From: Chiloscyllium plagiosum
Lineage: Eukaryota
DNA length: 64,000 nt
Direction: 5' to 3'
Assembly (NCBI RefSeq): GCF_004010195.1
Contig: NC_057719.1
Span: 64,235,218 to 64,299,217, forward strand
Made by a program: the position numbers and the translations under genes. Of the stretch, positions 26,601-38,600 are shown in pieces. The notes under the pieces were generated by a model, which did no database searches, was not told the DNA's origin, and worked only from the letters and a program-made list of their open reading frames with translations. Each line of letters opens with the position of its first letter. Position 1 is the stretch's first letter.

Positions 26601-29600
26601 GCGATTAGAAAACAATGTGTTTGGATAAGGGTGTAATCTTCAGGAAGACAACCTGTAACTATGGAATGTCAGAGGGATCAGTAGCAGGGCTATATCTGTT
26701 TACAGTGTATTAAGGATAAGAAAAGTGAATGTATTTTGCCAAGTTTGAGGATGATACAAATAGTCTGCATAGACAGATTGCATGAGTGGTCAGATGCTTG
26801 GCAGGTGGATATAATGTGGGAAAATGTAAGGTTATGCACTTTGGCAGGAAGAATATAATTTAAATGGAGGAAGACTGAGGAGAGCTGCAGCCCGGAGGGA
26901 TTTGGGGGTCTTTGTGCATAAGCTATGAAAAACTAACATGCAAGTTCAGGTAACACAGAAGGCAAATGGGTTGTTGGCCTTTATTTCAAAGGAATGGAGT
27001 ATAAAAATCAGGAAATCTTGTTTAAATATACAAGGCACAGTTAGGCCATACCTAGAATATTGTGAATAAATTTGGCCCCGTATCTAAGGAAAGACCTGCT
27101 GACATTGGAGGCAGCCTAGAGAAAGTTCACAAGGTTGAACCCCAGTGTAGAAGTATTGTGCTGAGAGGTTGAGTGGTAAATATTTAAGGTTTTGAGGAGT
27201 TTGACAGGGTAAATTTGGAGAGGTGGTTCCCTACAACCAAAGGTCATAATCTGAGTAACGAACCAGCCAGTTAGATCAGAGCTGAGGAGGAATTTCTTTT
27301 GAAGGTAGTGAATCTGTGTAATTCTTTTAAAACAGAGGACTGTGTATTCAAGGCTGAGACAGATTTTTAATTTGTAAGAAAACCAAGGCTGATGGGAAAA
27401 GGCAAGGAAATGAAGTTGGGGCTTATCGTCATTTCATTGAATGGCAGAGCAGCTCAATGCTTCTGCTCCTGTGTCTTGCGATCTTCTGATCACTCTTATA
27501 AATTTTGATATGATCTGTTCCTGTGTATTATGATCACTCATCAATAATTTGATATCATCGGTTCATATTTTTTGGCTTAAATTTCATTTGCATGTGTTTA
27601 CCTGTTACATCAGTCTGTGTCCTGTGAAACTACCAAACTAACTTTCATATTGTTTACTGTGTTTCTGATTTTCATGTTATTTGTGGACATGTAGTTCATC
27701 CTATTACATCCAAGCCCTAGTTCAAAAACCAAACCCTGGGGAGCACTAGTGTTGGATTGAAATACATTTGTGTACATAAGTCCTCCTGTATGCCATAGTC
27801 TGAGCATCTCTACCATGAAGTGCATTCACTATAGGCATGATTTGAAGATGCCGGTGTTGGACTGGGGTGTACAAAGTTAAAAATCACACAACACCAAAAG
27901 CTAGTGTGCTTCCAATTAAACCTGTTGGACTATAACCTGGTGTTGTGTGATTTTTAACTTTATCACTATAGGCAGACATCTTAGCTCACTTTTGTTAAAG
28001 ACCTTGTGTTTAACGCATTGCTGCAGTGTCTACACAAAACAACTAGTGTAGAATTCTCTCTGGAGTGATAAACAACTACACGTCGTTCTGCTATAGCATG
28101 TGTTTCACTAACAAATTTACTGCGATTGACAAATTGGGGACGCTGTTTCTAAAACATGAACTTTTAAAATGTGTTGGCTGTCCCGTGATTATATCACCAA
28201 CTTTAAGCACTGTTTCTAAAACATGATTTTTCTACAGTGCAGAATTGCACAAGAACACAACTATTATGTTATAGAAGAACAACCTGTATTCATTAATATT
28301 CTATTTTTATTCCTGAGCCAGTTTTATATCTATACTGTCACTGTCTCATAAGAGATGTATTTGTTCACAAAATGAATGTGGTACATTATCAAATGCCTTC
28401 TGAAAGTCTGTATACACAACATGTATACCATCAACTGCACTATCCTCATCATCATTGTCTGTAAGTTTACCAAAGACTTCAGCAATGTAATAGCAGCGTG
28501 GTACTGTGTGCGTGCAATTCTGGTCTCCTTCCTATCGGAAAGATGTTGTGAAACTTGAGAGGTTTCAGAAAAGATTTACAAGGATGTTGCCAGGGTTGGA
28601 GGATCTGAGCTACAGGGAGAGGCTGAACAGGCTGGGGCTGTTTTCCCTGGAGCGTCGGAGGCTTGAGGGGTGACCTTATAGAGATTTATAAAATTATGAG
28701 GGACATGGATAGGGTAAATAGGCAAAGTCTTTTCCCTGGTGTCGAGGAGTCCAGAACTAGAGGGAAAAGGTTTAGGGTGAGAGGGGAAAGATATAAAAGA
28801 GACCTAAGGGGCAAATTTTCACACAGAGGGTGGTACGTGTGCAGCATGTGCTGCCAGAGGAAGTGGTGGAGGCTGGTACAGTTGCAACATTTAAGAAGCA
28901 TTTGGATGGGTATATGAATAGGAAGGGCTTGGAGTGATATGGGCCGGGTGCTGTCAGGTGGGACTAGATTGGGTTGGGATATCTGGTCGGCATGGACGGG
29001 TTGGACCAAAGGATCTGTTTCCATGCTGTACATCTCTATGACTCCATGACTCTGAATGCTGGGCATCTGAAATAAAAGTGGAAAGTGTTGGAGAAACGCT
29101 CAAATCTTGCTTAGTTGGATCTAACAATTACTGCTTTGGTGCTTTTGAATCCTCATTCTCTGCTGTACTGTACTATTGGTCGCACGCAGCTTCCTCTGAG
29201 CTCCCATGGCTTCTGGAGTTCTTAGGAAACGGAGCTATTCAACTGTTCTACAACATCCCTGGTCCTTTCCCACGCAATTCCTGTAGTTATGTTGCCTTCC
29301 AAAAACATCACTAAAAGCAGTACTGCCTAACATGGTGTCTAACTCTTGTTTCTCTCTCTCTCCCCCTCCCTCCTCCCCCTCTCTCTCTCACTCACTCACT
29401 CTCACACACATGATTATCGTCTCTCAGTGACTTGTAACCTTTTAGCTCTTCTGAGTTGAGCAGCTCTGAGAGAAGTGTTTGTCATAGAAAACTTTACTCA
29501 GCCCTTTGTCCCTATTTCTAGGAGAATTGCATTTAACAGATATTTTGAAATAGTCAAATGTAACACTGTAAATGTTACATTCTTTCAGCATGCTGGCTTC

Positions 29601-32600
29601 CAGCACACACGCGGTTGGATTCCATGGCAAACTCTCCTCTTAATCATTGTTTATTTTGGTTCTCTAGTAATTAACTTGGCATTTGTCACAAGAATCCTCT
29701 ATTTGTTGTATTTTTAGCACATTATCAATAGTCATCCAGGGAGTTTGAGCTCTGGATATATTGTCTTCACCCTTGTCGGAATGTGGCTACCTGATCTATT
29801 TCCTCCTCGATTAACTTCTATTGTTCAATTATTGTTTGGCTGTAAAGTTTTGATTTGAATGTACCTGGGCCAAATCTGACTTTATTTCACTAACATTACT
29901 TTTGCACCTGATTGTTCTTTGTTCTTTTCACAATTATTCCAAGCCTAATTCTATGATCAGTATTTTCAAAGTGAATTTCTGTTGTAACAAGCCCCACTTC
30001 GTTTCCTGGAACTACCCCAAACCTAATGCTATGATCACTATTTTCAAGTGCGTTTCCTTTGTAACATGCCCCACTTTGTTCCCTGGAACTAGATCCAGAA
30101 AGACTTCCATCCTGTTTCGGTGGATTACTCATCGACAATTAGCTGGTTCACATTTCAGGCATTTATTTGCACTATTACTGTCCTAATGTTTATTTGTGAT
30201 AAATATGATGGCAGTCATTTAAGAGGATGTGAAAAAGCTGCATCTTTCACTTGTGTACCAAGAGAGCTCAAAAACAATAAAATTACAAATACAGAACAAC
30301 CTCTGTTGAGTGGGGAGTATTTGTTTGGATAACTGATTGCTCAGATAATAGATAACATTTTTACAGGACCTTGAGATCTAGTTCAGTTAATCCGAAATTT
30401 AGATAATTGATGTTCGGTTAACTGAGGTTGTTCTGTATATACCTATGTTTAGCATTTTTGGGGGAGAAAAAGGTTGGAGGGTTGGGTAGTTTTTATCCTT
30501 AAAAGCAGGAGAGTCCCAGACTCAACGTCAAGCCCAGTTTTTTCCTCTTAGTCACAGAAACATTGGAGCCCCTCAGTTAACATGTAGGTTCAGAATTCCC
30601 TGGTTCAGGAACAGCAAAAGAAAAAAAATCAGCTCTTGATTGTTATTTAGTGACTCTTGTGGTATAGTGAATATGTGTGGATGTCAATTGAAGGCTATGT
30701 TGTATTTAGCTCTTTTACCTATAGTTTCATAGCCAGAAGGAAATTGGTAGTCTCAAAGCTCAGATGAAGCATGCACCACAGCAAGTTAAGGTGTTCTGAT
30801 GAAGAAGGGGATAATACAATGTCTTGTATGAATAAATTGCTTGTTTCATGGCTTTTAATGTTTGTTTCCTACAATGTGTTACACTCAGAAAATGCTATAT
30901 TCTGCAAGTTGCTGTTGCATTTGTAAATGTATTTTCTGTTGGTTTGTAGAAGGCGACTTGCCTTGCTTCACTAAAAATCACCGGCCGCTGGCAAAGTATT
31001 CTACACTAAAGAAGCAAAGCAGAATACGAAGAAAAAGGATGGGTAAGAAATGTCAAAATTGCCTCTCCTGTGAAAAATATGGATTGCTTTCCTTCTGTCT
31101 TACTGTTTTTTCTCTCCAGTTTCCTTGCTCTTAATTGGGTTCGGGTGTAATATTGAGCCAGCTGCTTTTACTTGATGGTGCCTTCACTGCCCCCTGATAG
31201 TTCATGTTTGTTCATTCCTTTGTGGTTGCATGTCCAGGAAACTTCTCGTGCTCCTTGGTTCCCTTTACCATTGATATGACCTTCAAGCAGAGTTTAATGT
31301 CAGTTGTTGCACCTTATTAGATTATTGACAAAAATAACTGTTTTCAGCTCTTGATTATGTCTATTGTAATTTGTCTGAATTTCATTCTTCCTAGGACATG
31401 CTTATTGTTTACTCTTTCCAATATCTTCTCAACATTCTTCTGTATGTCTGCATTTCAAAGGCTTTGAGTCTTTCGATTGTTTGGTTGCCCACACTTTCAT
31501 TCGTAGGGAAGTGTTGACCAAACGTAACATTTGAACAGATGGTCTATTGTACTGATATTTATTCTATTTGATGTTAGGATCAATTTTTGTTGAAAGCAGC
31601 TCTTGCTATTCAGTCATTCTGATAAATTCAAAGCAGTGATCAGCATCTTGCATCATGAGAATAGGGTAATGCATTTGCCTAGCAATTGAGATTTTCCTTT
31701 TTGGTTTTTTGCTAGAAGCCATTATTTTAACTTTCTTTTTTAAAAAAAGCATTGTATTAAATTCTTTACCAGCAGAACTCATCCATACCACAGCATTACC
31801 TGTGAATGTGAGATTGTTTATGTTTCTGGTGCAATGAAATCCAGGTGTTCTAATCTTCTAAATATAGCTTCATTATATAATATTAAATAAGCATAGCAAG
31901 AAAATGCAACACTGCACTCATTTTGATTTGTTTTTTATTTGACATTGTTTTTATCCATTCCTTTAAGAGCTCATTGCTCCCAGTATCCGTTTCGTACAAG
32001 TCTTAAAGCTTTCCCATTCATACCCATGCATCTCTGCAGAAAATTGCTCCCTGATTATTATGCTCTAAGATCAGTTAGCCACACCAAAAGTAAAGATTGA
32101 TTTCAGAAGCTTCCTAGTCAGTTTCACATCAGGAAGTTCATTTATTACGATAACATTTGAGTAGCCTTTCTATAACTTGAAATGCTACAGGTCCTCATTT
32201 CTCCAAGTTTCATTTCTCTCTCAAAGTTTTCACTCTTTTTGTCATTACAGAGCATCGAACAAGTTTGCACTTAACAGTGGAGAGTGTGAGTGGAGATTTA
32301 AGTACAAGCACCTCAGGTATGTTAATTATTGTGCAATAAAATTTCAGTGATTACATCAGAGATTTTCTCTGTATTTTATTTGAGTCAGATCTAACAAGCC
32401 CAGCGTTGTAGTTCTACAGAGTTAGTTTCATTTTCTCAAACAAACAGCTAATGTTATAAAATATAGAACAAAATCCCTACAGCGTGAAACAGGCCATTCA
32501 GCTCAACAAGTCCACACTGACTCCCTGAAGAGCATCCCATCACCCTATCCCTGTAACCCTGCATTTCCCATGGCTAATCCACTTAATCGCAATACTGCTG

Positions 32601-35600
32601 GACACAATGAGTAATTTTCTAGAAGAGATATATGGATTCATTTGTTTGGAAACATTGTTTTTTCATCCAGCTAATGGTAATAAGTGATATTGGGTTTGAT
32701 GTATGAGATTTATCTTGGCAGTAGATGACGAGAATGTGGTCTGTAGATTTGTACCACCAACTGATGTGATGAATTTGTCGCTCAATATCTTCAGGGTGGA
32801 GTTGAATAGAAAATCCCTTCAAAAACTGTTAATAAATCTGAATCTCATTGTTGGAGGGTGTGGTGGGGGTGGGGTGGGGGCGGGCGCGGGCGGTGGGGGT
32901 GTGTGGAGGTGGTTAGAGGGGTGGGTGGCGGGGGATCCAAGATGGCGACGACCCAGCAAGTCTGAGTCTATAGTGCTCCTCCCAAGACTTGGGCAAAGTC
33001 GGTCACCCACCCCACCACACTCACCAAATCATTCAAAACAGTTTTTACTTAATGTAATTAGTTGCTTAGTACTGCATTTGAATAATTTAATCTCCAGTAA
33101 GGGAGCCCGCAGTTCTCAGCAGGCAGGAACCCCTCCCCCACCCTCTCCAGCTGCAGCAGAGGCGTCCGCAGCCGCCTGGGGGACTTACCTACAGTGGCGA
33201 GCCTCACGGAAATAATCTCTAAACTCGATGCCAAGATCGATGCCTTCATTGAAGAGTTCCAGAGCCGATGGGACTCGCTCTCGGCCTCGCTACAAAAGCA
33301 CGGCCGAGACATCAAGGAAGTTGAGCTCCGAGTCGGAGGCCGCGACCTCCGAAACTACAGCAGAAGCGGCCGTGGATCGGGTCTGGACTCTGGAACAGCG
33401 AGTCCGGACCTTAGAGAATCACATTGACGGCCTCGAGAATCAAAGTTGTCGAAAAAATATTCGTTTGCTGGGTCTTCCCGAATGGGAAGAGGAAGGCCAG
33501 CTTACAGCTTTTCTCGTACAGTGGCTTCCACAGCTTTTAAGTCTGAAGGCTTGGTCAGGCCAGGTAAGGGTGGAATGGGCCTACCAGCTTGCAATACGCG
33601 GGCTCGGCTCGAACCAACCCCCCTGCGTCTGCAGCCCCCCCCTGTTCTGGCTGCAGAGCTATAAGGAGAGGCAGATGCTCTTAGAAGCTTCCAGAAATCT
33701 TGGGAAAGATCCCTAAACCATGATTTATAAAGGATCCAAGATTGTTATTCCAGGATTTTTCCCAAGCTCTGGTCCGAAAGAGGAAGGCGTTTGATGAAGC
33801 GAAGAAGTGTTTAAGGGACTTAAATATTCAGTACTCCTTGCTCTACCCAGCGACGCTACGCTTTAACCATGAGGGGTCCGTGTATAACTTCGGATCGCCG
33901 GAAAAGGCCAAGGAATTTTTGGACTCTCTTAGATAAATTGTAAGAGTTAATTGATGTTGTTTTGCTTTCTCCCCACTTCGGTTTACATCCCCCCTTTCTT
34001 TTATATTAATCCCTTTTTTTACCTTACTGTTTAATATTATCTTCGAGGGGTGGAGAGAGGGAGTTATTTATTTGTTCTCTACTTTCTCCCACCCCCTTTT
34101 TTTTAATATATATATATTTATATATAGGCCAGGGGGTCGAGTTAATGTTGGTGGGGGGAGGTGGTTACCTTATCCTAATTTTCTTCATCCTATTGAGGAG
34201 TGCCTGGGTCAAGGGTGGGGCACTGGATGGAAGAGGATACGATGGACTGTTGGAAAGGAAGTGATGCCCCCTGGGAACAAGGGGGAAAATCTCCATTTAA
34301 ATACGTTTTATATTTTTTAAATTTAGAAATAGTGTTTTCTTTTTTTGTTTGATAAATTTTGGTTATTATTTATTTAAGATTTAATTGTATATCGATGTTT
34401 ATTCTTGTTTTTTTAAATTTGTAAACTTGTAAAAAATGTTAAATTTTCAATAAAAATATCTATTAAAAAAAGAGAGGTGCGGGGTGGGGGGGGGTGCACC
34501 TCCCAGATCTGAAGAGATACAAATAGTCACCCTGTTGTCATATGTAGATGAATGGGTGCGTAAGGACTCGAGGTCGATATGGCTTGATGTTGAGGCATCG
34601 CAGGCAAGATGTTCCCTCATAAACTTAGTGTTTATGGATAAGATGAGATCTGTGGTTGAGCACTGAGAGTCCGATTATTATATATCCAGTGAAAGCATGG
34701 AGAATGATGCGGCAGGGTGAGGGCTATTTGCTTAAGACTTCGCCGTTCACCCCATTAGTGGGAGCCCCAGGATTTAGACCAGGGTCAATGGACGCCGGCT
34801 TCAGATCATAGGAAGCTAAAGGAATCTCCTGTCTGGGAGATTTATTTGGGGAGAAGTCTTGATGTCTTTCAACCAATTAGGTCAGAAATACAGGATCCCT
34901 TTTCCAATATTTCCAAGTTAGGGATTACAAACAGAAGACCATGTACTTGGCCTCGCCCTACAAGTTGGAGATAGAAAGAAGAGTGCTCCGATGTGGGGGC
35001 GCTCTCTCGGTTAATACCATATATCATCTGCAAAGAGGGAACGCCCTGAGGGATATGGAGATTTGGAATCAGGAGTTGGAGAAGAAATCTAATCGGAAAC
35101 GTGGGAGGATACAGGGGAGAATGTAAAGAAAATTTCAATACGCAATAAAGCACAAGCGATGCAATTGAAGATACTCCACAGGGCCCTTATGGCACCAGAG
35201 AGGTTAGCAAAGTTTAAGGAAGGATCTTCTCCGAAATGTCCCAAATGTAAAATAGCATAGGCACCCGTATGCATTGCTTTTGATCCTGCTATAAGATTCA
35301 TAGATACTGGGGTGCCATTGTGAATGAGCTAGAGAAGATCCTGGAAATGGAAGTTAAGGAAGATCCGGTGTCTCTCCTTTGGAACTACCGAATCTGCCCT
35401 CTTTGGGTGAGCACGGGAAGAGGTTGTTAAATATTCTCTCACACTGTGCGAGGAAGAACATCCTATTGAATTGGATATCAGAAAAACCTCCAGGGCTTGT
35501 AGGGTGGCACAGAGTTGTGATGGAGCACATCCCTTAAGATTATCTGACAAGTATGGTGTGCAATGGAACAGAGCAATTTTATAAGACATTACTGCCCTTT

Positions 35601-38600
35601 CTAAATTACGTAGACATAGACCTGTCGGCAATATTGATTAGGGCCTTTATATAGCCACGAGGGTTGTATATGGTGGTCTGGGGACCCCGGGGGAGGGTAG
35701 GCCTTGTAAATACAGGTATAATAACTGTTGCTCCTGTGGATGGGAGCTTCGGTGGAGGTGTGGCAAGTGAAGTAATGTAATTTAGTTTTAGTGTAATGTA
35801 ATTTGTAATTTAATGCTATTTTTAAGTTGAGTTTATTCTAATGTGGGTTAAGTTAAGTAAATATGAGATGACTACCTTGAAGAGTTTATTGTTAATGTTA
35901 CTGTAATATAATAAGATATTTCTAATCTTTACTTTTGTACTTCTATAACTTTTCGGGTTTTGTTGTAAGTGAGTGAAAAATGTTTTCAATAACTAAAAAG
36001 AGAGTGGGGCTAGGATGCAAAACAGTTAAACTCCATTCTTGATATGAAATTGCTGGATGTGGAGTCATCAAACTAAACAGTGCAGAGTATGTTGTCATCA
36101 AAGGAGTGGATGAGTTTGAGGAGTTTTGCTGAACAGCCATTTTTCACCCAAATATTGAGATTTCTGCCTAGCTGCTGATGTTGAATGCGGAAAAGGATCT
36201 ATCCTATTCCCCATAATTCTCTTGTAATTGACATATGGAGGAAATCAAATTCACAGTAGACCTGTTGGCATGGAAACCGTGCTGGGCTCTTGGGTATTCT
36301 AGGTGTGAAGTTGATAGTGTGACGCTAGCAAATATCATCTTCATGAAGCTAAGGAGTGAAATACCTCTGTAGTTGCGGGAGCCTTTACTGTTGCCTTTTG
36401 TTTTTGTCATTTTTGTACTTGCTAAAGAATGAACCTTATTTTCCAGCAGAGAATGACAAGGTTGCAAAGGTGTGATAATGTCTGTGACTTTCCATGCTTG
36501 AATAATTCAACTGGGATCCCATCTTTGCCAGGTGTCTGTTTACAAAGCAGTGTATGGTCACTTATCTCTTGCCCCTGCCACTTGAAATTCAGCTCACCCC
36601 TCAACTAACTGAAACTCAGGCCCACCATGCACAACTCCATTGACTAGATGAAACTTGGAGCCCGGTCCACTCACTTTGCTCAAGCCGTTTTACTGACAGT
36701 TACCCTGGACCAGTTTTGACTTCCTTAAAGTCAACTTCATTCTGATGAACTGGTCCCCAGATAGATGCTCTAATCTGAGGACTCCTCCCTTGAGACTTTA
36801 CTGATCCTTCAGTGATATTTTCTGACCATTGGGAAGCAGTGAGGGAAGGAACATGTGGAGAATCGAGGGAGAGGGAGACGCAGTTCCTTTTAAAACCAGT
36901 GTTTCACATGTGTCGAGGTGGCTGTTCTCTGATCGGTCAACCCTACATTTTATTCTTCCTGTGCATTTTTGGGATTTCAGAACTGAATTCAGCTGCTTCC
37001 TCTGCAATTTGACCATTACCACATATGTTGTTTCCTATGAGTCCATCAGATAGCCGCAGGATTAATGGGGTGCTCCAAGGTTGCAGTGGGAGTGGTCAAA
37101 TCAATTGACTTTGTATCACTGCAAAGCTTGCACATGGTGGTCATCAGAGCTCTTTGTATTCCAACAGAGTGCAGTTAGGCTCAGGAATACAGCGTTTGTC
37201 AGCTCATCTTTTTCTTTTGTAGAGTAGCCATGTTGAGAATGAACTTATGTATCTCATGGTCATTGAAGGCCATCTTTTATCCACGTGTTATGGAATTGTG
37301 GTTCTTGCCACCTAAAGACTACTTTGTTTTATTTATGAAGTTGATGAGCATTGTTTAGGACGAGCAGATCTGCCTAAAATCTGTATTTAACTCTTTACAC
37401 TGTAAGCTATTATCCAGAGGAGCATTGAAGGCATGTAGGTCTGGGGCCTATTCATTTGGAGGAATTCCGGGAGGTGCTCATTTTGAAGAATCGCTGACTA
37501 CTTAGGATGATTCATATTTCGTGTCGGGTTCATTCATTTAGCCAGTAACTGTTGTTCATGTTAAAATTGAAGGCCCAGACCACCTCAGATATATACATGA
37601 TCTCATACTTCAGGTGCACCTTTCCCTGATCCCCCCCCCCCACCATACCATCCATATCCTGATCTTTGGTGCCTACTGGTGAATGTCAGTCCAACTCCTA
37701 ATCCCTAAAATTGAATCCCACTTCAGCAACATAAGTTAAGTCAAATTAAACCCTGACACCAAGCCACGATGTCAGTAATTTAATCCCCTCAGTAAAATCT
37801 ACACCTCAATCTCAAGCCAATTTGGTCAGCCTCCGTCACTGCACTGAGCTACCAATAGCCCTCAGGATATTAGTACAATTCCTTCACCGCAATACCAAGT
37901 CTCACAATAATACCTCAGTAAATCTCTCACTGTAGTTCTATATCTTCCAAAAAATAAATCCTAACAGTGGCAAAATACTCCAGAATTGATCTTTTGCTAT
38001 TTCACTAGGTACTCCCAATTTGCCCCTCCCTGACTGTGGAAAAAACAGTCCTGAAAACATGCAGCCTCTGCATTATCGGTATGGCCTCGTCCCAGCCTCT
38101 CAATGCCCTTGGTAGTTGTAGCTGAACCCGTAGCACTGAGGCGGCAGCACCCCACGTTACTGACCATTGGACTTAAGAGCACAGACTCCCTGATTTGAAA
38201 GTATGACTCCCAGGCTAATTCCATGACCTACACTCCATGACTCCCAGCCAGCTCTGCATTCGGTCTCAAACTTTGCTAGGCCCCATGCCGTCCCAAGGAA
38301 ATCCTGCCGACAAATGACAAACTTCTGTCACTCGCCATCTCTCATGGTCACTACCTCACCCCCTGTCTCTCCTACTCCTGCCTAGTCCTTCCACCATTAA
38401 CTGTCCTCTTTACTGCTTCCCTTCCTGACCTTGCTGCTCACTGCCTGTTCTCACTGAATCTTGGCCTGATAATGTTGGGGAAAGTAACTTGGTGGAGCAT
38501 TTTGCTATCTTCAAATATCTGACAACCTCCATACCTATCTACATTTATGCCAACTGATACGTTGTTCTGTGAAATAAAGCTCCTCAAAGAATAGATAGAA

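Larger units (their letters stand above)
24850..27480 (+). mobile_element. Long decayed CR1 LINE with nested SINE, Penelope fragment and internal duplication
   Basis: Endonuclease remnants (gatgagtttaatct, ctttggatctggta, cagtgaccataac), RT remnants (gatttccaaga…aaggtaccaca, aagtttgaggatgatacaaa) and a CR1 tail at about 27430-27480. Confidence 0.78.

Noticed and set aside
34472..34497. G-rich stretch as a TSD matching the G tract before the L1
   Set aside because: It reads as the conserved ORF2 GGxxLPD motif, so it is element sequence.
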